Shown here piece after piece: positions 10,077 to 21,952 of a stretch of DNA of 64,000 bases. A program made the position numbers and the translations under genes. The stretch covers positions 697,766-761,765 of the forward strand of contig NW_003314286.1 in the NCBI RefSeq assembly GCF_000143415.4, given 5' to 3'. The first letter of the stretch is position 1, and every line of letters begins with the position of its first letter. The notes under the pieces are model-generated. The model was not told where the DNA came from and made no database searches. It saw nothing but the letters and a program-made list of their open reading frames with translations. The DNA is from Selaginella moellendorffii (taxonomy: Eukaryota > Plantae > Lycopodiophyta).

Positions 10077-13000
10077 AAAAAATGGTACAAGTCAATTTTA
10101 CCATCTACAATATTAGCGAATGGTGCTCCTGATGGTCGTTCAGAGGGTTTTGGTCGAGGAAACGTGAAGGGCGAAAATACTCTCCTCTGCAATGTGGGGT
10201 CAATCGCATCCGATGGCGTGTGGGCACATGCCATTTCAGCTGTAGACTCTGGTACAACTGGCTCAACAGTGGCATGGGGTGGTTCCGATGGCGTGTGATC
10301 ACACGCCATTTCAGCTGGTGCCTCCGTTGGCAAAGTGGACATGACCGAACAGGCAGCAGGGGCAGTGTAGGGAGGTTCCAACGGCGCATAGTCAGACAAT
10401 TGGGCACACGTTGAGTCCGTTGGAAATGAGGATACGACTGGCTCGGCGGCTGGGGCGGCCTCATGCGGGTCCAATGGCGCTTGGTCACCGTCAGTTAGAT
10501 ACGTGGACAAGATTGACTCAGTGGTATGGGCAGCATCAAGTGGAGCGTGGTCAGCTTGCTTGGCGTTGATATGGATAGTAGCCTCCACCAGCTCTGATGA
10601 CTCTTGCAGGCAAGTAGAGTTCACTGGCGGATCCATATGCATGTCCAAATATCTCCCTTCGATTGAGATGGTATCCTCCCTACTAGCTACTAAAAACAAA
10701 CTCATTAGCACATTGAATCGACTATACTGTATTTACTATCAACTGCTATTGAGGAACTAGGACCGATATCACTTGGGCGCACTGCTGATTCTGAAGGATT
10801 GGACATACGTTTCGACCCTTGCTTGGCACTATCCTTCCTCGACACTAAAGGCTAGAGTTTGTATCTTAATTCAACTGAATAATCTCTACTTACCATTTGC
10901 TTTGCAACCTACATGGACAATGTTAGAAATGGTAAAAGGTTAGGAATGGATGTACTATTATTTACCTGATGGTTTGTCTTGTATGACCTTCCTCCGCTGC
11001 TCTTTGGCCACCTCAGGCTGGCCATCGTCGTCATCATCGTCGTCGTCGTTATTGTGATCGTCACCATTGTGAGGACCATCCAAGTCCTCTTCGTCCTCCT
11101 CTTCTTCGTCCTCCTCTTCTTTGTCCTCTTCTTCGTCCTTCTGCTCTTCCTGCTCATTATCTTTCTCTGGCTCCTCATCCCCCTCCTGCATTTCTTCCAT
11201 AGGCTGCTCAGGCTGGATGACTTGTTCTTCCAGGACCATCTTGGGAAAATCATCTGGCCGAGTCTCCATCTCAAAATACAAGACATCCATAGCCTGTTTT
11301 AGTGCGTGACCTAGGACCGTATCCTCACCCGACTGTCTTAACATGGTTTCTGCACGTTCTTGCACCCTTCGAAGACGACGAGATGAGAAAAACGTGGCCT
11401 TGACTTGAAAAGCATCCCTTATCCATTGTACCTCTCCATTGAGATTGGGGAAGGGGAGTCCGCCATAGGAATCTGAGTCAGGAGGTGGTGACCGCGAGGC
11501 ATTACCTATCATCTTTTTGTTGCCCTTCTTCCTTTTCGAATCAAACGCCTCTGATCCCGACGACTGTCCAACGTGCTTTCGCTTTTTATGACCACTGTCA
11601 GTTTGAGCTTGGCTGGTGCTTGGCTGTTTTGCCTTTGAAGAAGTGTCTCCTGCAAGGAATGGCATGAGACCACACGCCATTGCAAATATAATTTGTACCT
11701 CCTTTTTTCCTATTGCTTGTCTGTTTGTCCTTCTTCGACGCGCCACCAGTGCGCTTTTCAGTCCTCGTGTCTGAATATTCACAACGATCTATAATCAAAA
11801 TGGCGTGAGGCCTCACGTGACCTTACCTTGTGCAGGTTGTGAGCTCGGCCCAACATGGGTATCTTCAATAGTAGCTGTTAACGCCGTTTCAGCATCTGGG
11901 GGTGGCCACGCTTCTGTATACAGAGCTTGTGAGATAACATTTAAACTTAAAGTGCGTACTCACCAGGTTTGCAGAGAAGATACTGTTTTTCTTTGGCAAC
12001 TGTAATTATATGCTTCATTGAAGTCACCTCTTCAATGGAGTTTGTCACCGCAACACACGGGACACCCTTGAGTAGTGCGGCTCGAAAGAATAGTCCGCCG
12101 CAGTTGTACTCGACAACGCATTTGCCCTTGGAGTCGGAAGCAGGTGCTATTGCGTTGAAGACCCAGCTAAACATTTCCCATGCTGCACTTGGAGCTTTCT
12201 CTGGATTCGAAAGCTCCATAGTCGTCTTCAGTTCCTCAGGCACGGGTAAATTGACCTCCCTCAAATCAATTCGATCGGCCTTGTCGAACAAAGCTGGGAA
12301 GTCACTCCAGTCTCACTCTGCTGCAGGACCAATAACAAGGGCGAGTGTGAAGATGCGGACATTCGTCGGTATCTTCTTCTTAGCCATTATCCCATGGATC
12401 TCCTGCATCTCCTTGCCTTTCAACCGAGCCTTCACCTTGTTCAAGGCGTTCCAGAACTTGTGATAGGATTCGGAGTCGTAGATCATATAGTGGACTGAAG
12501 ATTCCACCTCCGCAAGTCCCACCATTAAGTCAATGATGGAGCTGACTTCGTCTGCATGAGTGATCTCCTCGTTTGTGAAGTCCATCACACAAAAGATGTT
12601 CTTGACCTGCTCATCTCCGCGGGAAACGATGCTCCTCCACCTTTGATCCTCATCCAAATTCACGTATACCCGGTAAGGTTCTCGATAGGCCTCTGCTGCG
12701 GGGTCGAGCTGTTTCTGAAGCCGGCGGTCGACATCCCTCTTAATGAAATTTGGATACTGATCCAACTTCTCAGCTTTACTTTTCGTGGCATCCCGCAGCA
12801 GATCGATGAACTTGGGGGCCCCCTTCACGTAATCGTCGATGTCTTCATTTGACAACTCTAGCTCTTCCATCATCTCTTGCGTGGTGTCGATGCTCACCCT
12901 CTCCACGGCCACTTGCTCGAAGATCCAATCCTTCAATAGCGCACGAGCTCTCAGAGTCGTGCACAAGTCCTCGTATGTCACAATATGGCCGGGAGTCATT

Positions 13001-14753
13001 TTGGTCTTGTTGAAGACTACCTCACCACGTAGAAGAGCATTAGCCACTGTCAGAAGGTCGTTGTCGTCTAGAGACCGCGAGAAACGCAAGGCGTTGAGCT
13101 TCAAATCATTGGGCTTCAGGCCGTCCTCCACACCCATTGAGTTTAGCAACTCCCCGTCATGGTACCTCCTCAGCACATCTACCCATTTGTCAAAAACAAC
13201 TTTTGTCGCGAGTAGAATGTTATGGATGCTGAGTGTGTCATTGACCCCCAGTGTTTTTGAGAGAAGACTCGAAAATTCCTGCAATGGAAATGGCGTGAGG
13301 CCACATGCTATGCCACATGCAACGAGGCTTACCTGCCAGGCGCTAGTTGCTAGTGCACGTCCTTGTCCTGGTTTTTGTGGCTTCTTCAGTTGAACCTAGA
13401 GCTTCCGTGTTCGTGCCAATGTCTCGTGCAGACCCGATTTGTAGCACATTTCTTGCTTGACATTTTGCGCGTGGGAGATGGATATGATAGATCGGAGGGG
13501 CGAGTTGCCTTTTATCAGGCAGACAACTCTTGTCTTGAAGACTTTCTTCACCTCCTCGCCCACCATAATATCCACAACTATCTCTTGCATCGCCAAGCTA
13601 GAATGCTGCCCGGAGACGGCATAGAACCGGATGTTCTGATCGTCCAACACCTTCCTATTGATCAAGTCTGGAAACCTCGTCTCGCCCTTCATTGTTCGGT
13701 AGTAGGGGATCACGTCTGCGATGTCAGGTGTTACTGGACTTGCCAGCATCTTCTGCTTCAGTTTCTCCACCCACTCATCAGATACTAGCCTGTGGTTGTA
13801 TTTGCTTTGGATGTCGATACGGCTCACGTCGATTGTATATACTTTGTTGGAATAGTAACAAGTACTATTATCTGCGACGATTTTTGCTGCTTCTTCTTGC
13901 TCTTTCTGCTCTTTGCGGCTCTTCTTTTTGGTGGGTGTAGTGTTCGAACCCGAGGCAATGGCATCACCGAGTAGCTTCTTTTTTGGAGCAGGAGAGTCGG
14001 ACGTCAGCTTGAGCTTGACCACCCTTTTCTGCTTCGGGGAAGTTTCCAGATCGACCCCCTTCCCCTTTGCTTCGCGAACTGGAGGCACTCTCAACGGCTC
14101 AATGTTGGAATATAGTTTTTGAACATCGCCGTAGGTGAGGTCCGTGGATTCCATGTGATCTTCATAAACCCGCAGCGTCTTTGAAATTGTGGGCCTCCTG
14201 AACAACCTCTCCCTAGCTCCCTCTAGGAATTCCTCATAGCCGCTGCCCCCCTCCAGGAAGCCGCTAGGATGTGCAAGGTGGATCTTGAAGGCGAACGCTG
14301 TCTCTACCATAAGTGCCAGTCCATATTCTTGCATGGAACTACATGGAGTGTCTGTCACTTGGATGAGGATCCCCATGCATTCTTTTCTCCCACCATCTGT
14401 GTTGTACAGCCTCAGATCCTCGCCTTCCATCCTGAAAGTCCAATTGGTGAGCTCCTCCCCCTTCTCTGCATCCACATTGACAGTGGCTGGAAGAAGAACG
14501 CAATTCCTCGCCTGTTCAGAAATGCACAACAATTAGAGCTGACAGATGAAAAGCTAGCAGCTGGAAATAACGTGAGGCCACACGCCATTCACCACTGCAT
14601 CAGATGTCTTGAGGCTGCATCCTAAGATGGCGTGAGGCTACACGCCATCTGTAACCGGACTGCACTCGAGAGCCCAATCGGTGCATGCCAATGTTGCTAC
14701 TGAATGGCATGTGGCCTCATGCCATTTTCTACTTGGCCTAAAAGACTTACCAT
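9192..14753 (-). pseudogene. Transposon accessory gene: ParB/DGQHR-like domain, helical region, degenerate amino-MTase-like segment, acidic disordered region and FCP1-like HAD phosphatase (multi-exon, disrupted)
   Basis: ATG at 14753, then GT-AG introns 14512-14750, 13279-13332, 11914-11963, 11771-11826 and 11650-11698 join the ORFs in frame. Premature stops at 13396-13398 and 12313-12315. The link to the 9.2-10.7 kb ORFs through small exons near 10.7-10.97 kb is plausible but not fully resolved. Confidence 0.7.
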
Positions 14754-17700
14754 TTGAAGCCGAATGGAGGCGTGACAATCGAGGCCGGACTCACTGGCGA
14801 ATGTGCACTGTGTGTGCAGCTGATCGTAGCAGCAAGGCTACTCTGCCACTTAACAGTTAGAGAGTGGCGCTGAAATCTCCCGGGACGCCAAGTGGGCTAC
14901 GTGTGGGTGGCGGAGTGGGCGGCGGAGTTGGCGGCGAAGTTACAAACTGGGTGTGTCTTGAAGTGGACGCCGATGCACACGAGCGTGATGCGAGCGCGAG
15001 TGTGATGCAAGCGCGAGTGGACGCCGATGCACACGAGAAACTTGTAGAGAAGGTAGATGAGCGCGAATGTGAGCATGATCGCGAGTGGGAGCACGATGCG
15101 AGCGCGAGTGTGATGCGAGCGCGAGCGCAAGTGTACGAACGCGAGTACGAAGCAAAATGCAAAACCTAACCTCACACGCGCGAAATGTCACAACGGTTGG
15201 TAATCTCGCCACGTCATCATTCCTCGGACTTGGGCGCCACCATTAATTTCTGGATTGCCGCGCGCATGCAAGCACGCAAAATCCAAAAGAAATCTGCAAC
15301 GTCATCATTCCTCGGACTGCATGCACGCGAAATCCAAAAGAAAGATCATGATTGGGATATCATTTAATACCCTCGCTATATTTATACCATGCATGATTGG
15401 ATATTCCAAAGCATCTTGTATTTCCAAAAATGGCAGATGTTCACCTAAATAAAGAAATTCTATCTGTTTCTATTTTTCTCTCAAATCAATATTACAGCGT
15501 GTGGGCTCATGCAATTTTGAACCAAAGAAACCCAAAAAACGTTGGACCCAAAATATTTTGAAAAAACCCAAAAAACCCTAAACATTTTAAACCCAAAAAT
15601 CCAGGCGTCCTGTGGCGTTATTCCTTGAATGGCGTGTGGGCGCATGCCATTTTCAGGGCCAAATGCTGAATGGAGAAAAATTCCCTTTCAGTGCAAATGC
15701 TGCAAGAGGTAGATGCCGAGCACAAAGGACTGTAACTACCTCACATGACACAGATAAACTTTTCTCTATTTGGCAAAGATAAACTTTATAGCGTGTGGGC
15801 TCATGCAATTTTGAACCCAAAAAATGCACCAAAAAATTCTCGGCATCATCTGGTGTTATCTCTTGAATGGCATGGGGCCGCATGCCATTTTCAGGGTCAC
15901 ATAGGAGTATATTCCTAGGATATTCTGACACGCGCGAGATTTTTTTGAGTTTTCTGGAGATCCAACCGTTAGATCGCAACTAGATTTTACAGAATGGTAT
16001 ACAATGTCTTTCTTGATGACCCTGCAAAGAAGCATCTCGATCGGACACCACATGAGACCACACGAGCCTTACAATGTTTCAGGGGCATTTGCCATAGATC
16101 CAACCGTTATTTTGCTCCAAGATTTTACAGTTTGGTGTGCATTGACCTTTCCATCGACACTGCAAAGGGACATCACAATCAGATGTGGGATCACAAGAAA
16201 TTAACTTCACTAACTCTGGTTTCACCAAGATCTATGTAAGGAGTTATGAAATGAAAGGACCCTCTCTATTGAAATGTGTTTATGGTCCTAGGGGCATTGT
16301 GACATATCAAAGGATTTTGCATCAAGTTCTGTATTTGCATGTTTATCAAGCTACTGAATTGCTAAACCCTAAACCCTAAACCCTAAACATGTGGCAAATG
16401 CTGCGTGAAGAAAGATGCCCTTTCTGGGCAAATGCTGTAAGAGGCAGATGCCGAGCAGATGTATCTCAGGCTAGCGAAGGGGACAAACGAAAGCTAGCTA
16501 TAAATATGACGGGATGCAAATAGATTACTAGGCTGGTCCTGCGAAAATCAAAAACCATAATTGAAAACATTGAAAATACAAAAAGAAAGGTTTATAATAT
16601 TTTTGAATTTTAAGCAACCAAAGGAATGTAAGTAGGGCATGTGTTTGTAAGTTTAAAAATGCCTCAACCACTTAAATTCCCAAGTAAATAAAGCTATTTC
16701 TATTTTTGGTACAGGTAAACTTTATAGCGTGTGGGCTCATGCAATTTTGAACCCAAAAATGCACAAAAAAATGCTCGACTAACATTATTCTTTGAATGGC
16801 GTGTGGCCTTATATTGCCATAAATGGACGTACACACACAGCATAATTATTCCTTTACACGGCGAATAATCTTGGCGCGGATCGCTGACATGGCATGGCAA
16901 AGTTCAAATCACTGACATGGCACAACTGGATCGAGGCAAGGACATGATGTGACAAAGTTCAACCTCCGACAGCAAAGTCTAGAAGCTACTCAGTTTGAAA
17001 TTTGTTAGAGGAGTCATAAGATCTAGTTTGTCAGAGGATTTGATGTGACGTTCAAGCGTGTGTTATTTTTGAATTCTCGAACTCATTCCTAGGTCTATCA
17101 TTTTTGTGCGCCGTGTTCTTGGTTCCACTGAGTGCAGTGAGCGCTGCTTGTGTAAGCGGCGTTGTGAGCTGTGGTTTATGCGTCTACGAGCGGTTGCGGC
17201 ATTGCGAGCGCCATTGCGAGCAGCAGTTTATGCGAGTGGCAGTTTGTGCGAGCGGCGCTACGAGCAGTTGCAGTGTTGCGAGCGGCGCTACAAGTAGTTG
17301 TAGTGTTGCGAGCGGCACTGTCTTTGGTGTGGCTACCGCTTCCTCTTGATATTCGGCACTTGTGCTTCCTGGTATGTTCACCATGGAATGGCTTAGGACC
17401 ACATTTAGAAATGGCATGAGGCCACATGCCATCTTGGGCCCTTGCAATTTCATGGCTAGCGTATTGTCATGTATGTTTTTACTTGCCTGCAGCTATGTGT
17501 ATATCAAGATGGCATGAGGCCTCATGCCATCTTTGGCCCCTGCTAGCCTATTGCCATATTCCTTTTGAACTGTATATATTTTTGTATGGGTGACTAGTCA
17601 CGCACACAAAAATATATATAGTTGCAGCAAGGCAAAAGGAATATAGCAACAGGCTAGCAGGGGCCAAAGATAGCGTGAGGCCTCATGCCATTAGTGGTAC

Positions 17701-17879
17701 CACTAATGGCATGAGGGCTCATGCCAATTTTGTGAATGCGAAATTTCACGTGGGTGTCAATAGCATGTTTGAATAATGGCATGTGGCCTCATGCTATTGA
17801 GGTTGTTTGGTATGTTATGATTTAGGCCATTCTCCAATCATTTTTTGTATGGTCTTAACTCCTTTTCTGCACTTTCAGA

Positions 17880-20800
17880 ATGACCTTCAGGGTTGGGGAA
17901 AAGGTTTACATTTTGAATGGTGGGAAGAGAGTTGCAAAAGGGACCCTTGTGTCTATGGATCGGAACTTTGTTATACACTGTCAAAGGCTTGGGGAAGGCA
18001 ATGCTGCTGTATCAGTAGAGACTGTCTTCGATGGGAATGTGGTCGCTATTGAACGAGGAGAGATGGTCGTCGGGGTAAATGTTGTTGTTGCCTTGAAAAA
18101 TCTTCAGAAGAAAGCAGATGTTGGGGATAGCGCAAGTGCGACACATGCAGATGTTGGGGATAGCGCAAGTGCGACGCATGTTCCCTCCGTGGATCTTAAG
18201 AACCGTGTTACATGGATTCAGGCGAAGGTGTTTCTAAACAACCCCGAGGGGGAGGTGGTAGCTGAGGGCTTAGCCACAGTTGTCGATCCAAGAGATGCGG
18301 TTGCTAATCAAGAATTGGGCTAGGATGATATTGGAGTTGCGATTTTAGAGGTTGTTGACACAGAAGAAAACAGTCAGACTATTGGAAGCATTGTGCGGTG
18401 GAAATTGAGGCACTTAGTGTTTGAGAATGTGAAGGATTCACAATCAAACACCATTATAACTGATGACAGAACATCTCTTCATGGGAAAAGAAAGTACACC
18501 TTCCTAAAGCGCAGCCAAAGGGATCTGAGCAACAAACCGAAAAGGCAGAAAATGGCGATGGAGGTTCGAATGGTCTCGACAGTTGCTTGTTGCAAGAGGA
18601 GGTGCTGTCAACATGTTGATTGGGATGCTATTGAAGAGGAGAGAGCAAGATACAAGACATTGTCCTGGAAGGCAGCTCGCAATTTTGTGTATGAGGCATT
18701 ACGGTCATCTGTTGATGCTTCAGAACATCAGGTGGGGGGCATGGTCTTCCAGAGGGGTTTGGTCTGCATGAAGGCATGGAGAATCATTTATGGAGTCCCT
18801 CGAACCACATTCTACAGAATCAAAACTGAGTTCGAGGAACAAAGGGTTCAACAGGCAGTCCATGGGAACGACGGTACGCACAAAACCAGGGGTCATGTTG
18901 TATATGGAGAGGCAATCTTCAAGAGGTTTGTCGAGACATGTAGCGAGCAACAACCACATAAAACCCTCCTCTTGGAAGATGGAACACGAGACACCCAACG
19001 AGTTCTCCCTTCCATGTATACCAAGGGGGCCATATTGGAATATGTGAATCGGGAACTCCAAAGTAATGGCTACAGGAAGCTGAGCCAATCTAGATTTAGT
19101 AGATTGTGGAGCAACAGGTTCAGGGATGTGAGTATAGGAAAGTACTCCAGCTTTTCAAAGTGTGACGAGTGCACTGCTATCAAAATGGCTTTGTCGAAGA
19201 ATTCTTGCAGCGCTCAAGAGCGAGAGACGTTGGTTAGAAGGCGACTCGACCACAACATCGAGCAGAGAAGCTGCAGGACTGCATATTATCATAACAGGAT
19301 TCTCTCCATGGAGAGACCTGACTCTTACCTCTGCATCATCCACAACAAAATGGACCAGAAAAAGATGTGCTTACCTCGACTCAATCCTGCCCCCAAGGCA
19401 ATCTCTTCATCTATGCAGTTGCCTGTGTCTCTGTTTGGCATAATCGCTCATGGGTATGGTGCCCAGAACTATGGGAACTTCTTTGTACCTCTATGGGGTG
19501 GCGGGGGTGCAAACATGATGATTGCGTCCCTAGCAAAACACTTAAGGTCTCTGCAAAGTGCGCAGACTGAGCTGAACGGCCAACCCTTGCATAAGGCCCT
19601 TGTCGATCGAACCCCATATAGGGTTCAGCTGGAGGAGGAGCAAAGGCTTGCAGTATCGCGTGGGGCCCCATGCCATCCCAGTGAATATGTTGGCCGTCAG
19701 ATTGTAGGGTTATCACGTGAGGCCTCATGCCATTCCGACGAGGCTGGTCGCCCGGTGAATGCACAGCCTCATCCAAACGAAGCAGAATCTCAAGGAAGTT
19801 CTTGCGGCTGATGTGGCCTTCCACCCCATCTTCTGCTCCAAACAGACAATGCTGGCAGTGAGAACAAAAACATGTACGTCTTCGCGTACTTGGCGATGCT
19901 TGTTGCCAAAGGCATATTTGAAATGGTTACACTTGGCTTTCTCATGGTTGGGCACACTCATGAAGACGTCGATGCCATGTTCAGTCACCTGGCAAAGTCC
20001 CTCCGGCGATCCAATGTCCTCACCCTCCCACAACTCTACGATGAATTCCAAAATTGCATCAAAGGCACTGTTGAAGCTGCACTTCTGACAGAGGTTCCAG
20101 ACTTTAAGGGGTTTGTAAGAGGCTACATCAGGGACGGATCCGAAACGCTGATTGGCCACTCCAAGCCTCTTCAGTTTCATTTCAGCATGTGTGACGGTGC
20201 TCCAGTGATGAGGTACAAGATGAGAGAATGGGACACAGTGTGGCTGCCAGTGGACGGCATTGAACTCTTCAAGAGAGATCCCATAACTGGGGAACCTATG
20301 ATTCCTCAGGGTTCCCCACGGCCGATGCACCCGGATGGACTCAAAGACCAGGAAAGTATAGTGGCCGGGATTAGACAGCATATTGCCTTCTGCAAGAGGG
20401 GGTTGGTGTTTGGTGGAGAATCTTATTTTCAGAGGTGCAAGCCTTTGCTCGAATATTGGGAGAAGATTATATCTGCTATCCAAAATGGGCCGGTTGTATA
20501 TGAAGAATTGGAAGAGTCCTTTTGGCCAGAACCCAGAGCACCAGATAGTAGCGGAACAATGTCCTCTGGAAATGCAGTGACAGATAACGATGTTGAGGAT
20601 CACTATTGTGGGCCGAGGAACAAGAAGCCGGATTCAGCATTCAATCCAGTACAGGTCTGCAAAGGAATGGTCGTGCTTGTCAGACCCAGTAATAAAAAAC
20701 AAATGATATGGGTAGGGCGCTGCATCACTGATGCAGAGGAGAATGCAGAAACTAACTCCTTCAATGTAACTGTGGAGTGGTTCAAGCCAAGTTCCGGATA

Positions 20801-20981
20801 TACGAAGGATTGCCTAGAAAAGAGATGGGTGCTGAATCCAAGGGATCCCAGCATGAGCATATCGGTGGATAATGTTGTGCATGGTTGGATGCAGAAGCAG
20901 AGTGCCACCATCACCTTGCCAGACCATGCAAGAGATGTAGCAAGAGCATTCATAACCCGGGTTCAAGGTGAGATTCATTAA
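17880..20981 (+). pseudogene. DDE transposase (Sola-like / DUF7869-type), two in-frame stops
   Basis: ORFs 17880-18323, 18393-19811 and 19872-20981 share one frame. Motifs: two N-terminal VAxG..LG..V.V repeats (Tnp1/En/Spm-type domain), CCKRRCC, CMKAWRIIYGV, FSKCDEC, IIHNKMDQ, LLLQTDNAGSENKN and FLMVGHTHEDVDAMFS. A splice acceptor ends at 17878. Confidence 0.87.
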
Positions 20982-21694
20982 TATTCCTTTACTAAGTTTC
21001 TAATGTATTTTATTTCAAGGTGAACAATCCGAATCTGAATCAGAGGAGGCGTGATGGCATGTGGCCTTACGCCATTCCTAGGTGAGATGATACAAATAAC
21101 AAGTATAAATTCTTAGTTGTTCTAGCAAATCTTACTTAAAGTTTAAGGTGAACAAGCCGAATATGAATTCATTGGATTGTTATAACAAATTGCGAGGTGA
21201 TGGCATGAGGCGATACGCCATTTGAGAGTGGTAGCCATTCCTATATGAGGTGAGTGAAATATTTATTAGAAATACCTCATTCAATTGTGCACTTCTAAGT
21301 CTTGGTCCACTCAGTACTGTTTGCATGTTTTTATTTTAATTTTTTCTCTAAAATGTTATTTAGCATGTGGCTTCATGCCATTGCTCTCCACAATCATGCA
21401 TTGAATTTTTCTATCCTTGCATAATACTTCTCCATATATATAGCATGTGCGCACATGTGATATGGTTCATTAGGCCTGATATAGTGTGTGAGGTAAAACA
21501 AAGATGATGTGACATATGCATTTACCAATCACACGTGCATAAATCTAATAATATGGCGTGTGGCCCATATTAATGGCACATAAGCCCATATTGTGGGCTT
21601 ACGTGCTTTATGTACCATCATTCCCTTGCAGCGTGTGTGTTGGTTTCCTTTTATAACACAACGAACTCCATATTTTAGGGTGAAGAGCGTTCTC

Positions 21695-21952
21695 ATGGCA
21701 AGCACAAAATCTGTAAGTGAGGCAGAAAAGGAGACGGAGAAGGAGATAGGTGAAGATGTAGAATATATAAGTCTTCCAAACTCCCTGTACTATACTCCAG
21801 GTGATCATTTTTCTGAACAAACGGCAACATTAACAACTATCGAGAACACCCCAGTAACGTCAGAGACAATAATCCAAAGCAAAACAACTGACCCGGAGAA
21901 GGATGATAGTACCGCTGAGAGTACCAAAAAGGAGGTGTCCACTAGCACTTAG
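21695..21952 (+). CDS. Possible small acidic, Thr-rich ORF inside the transposon
   Basis: 85-aa ORF MASTKSVSEAEKETEKEIGEDVEY..., preceded by an acceptor-like TTTTAG and bracketed by palindrome copies. No recognisable domain. Confidence 0.3.
   Translation: MASTKSVSEAEKETEKEIGEDVEYISLPNSLYYTPGDHFSEQTATLTTIENTPVTSETIIQSKTTDPEKDDSTAESTKKEVSTST

Noticed and set aside
19725-20603. 292-aa antisense ORF, and similar ones at 40028-40759 and 62700-63617
   Set aside because: Shadow frames of real genes on the opposite strand, with no motifs.
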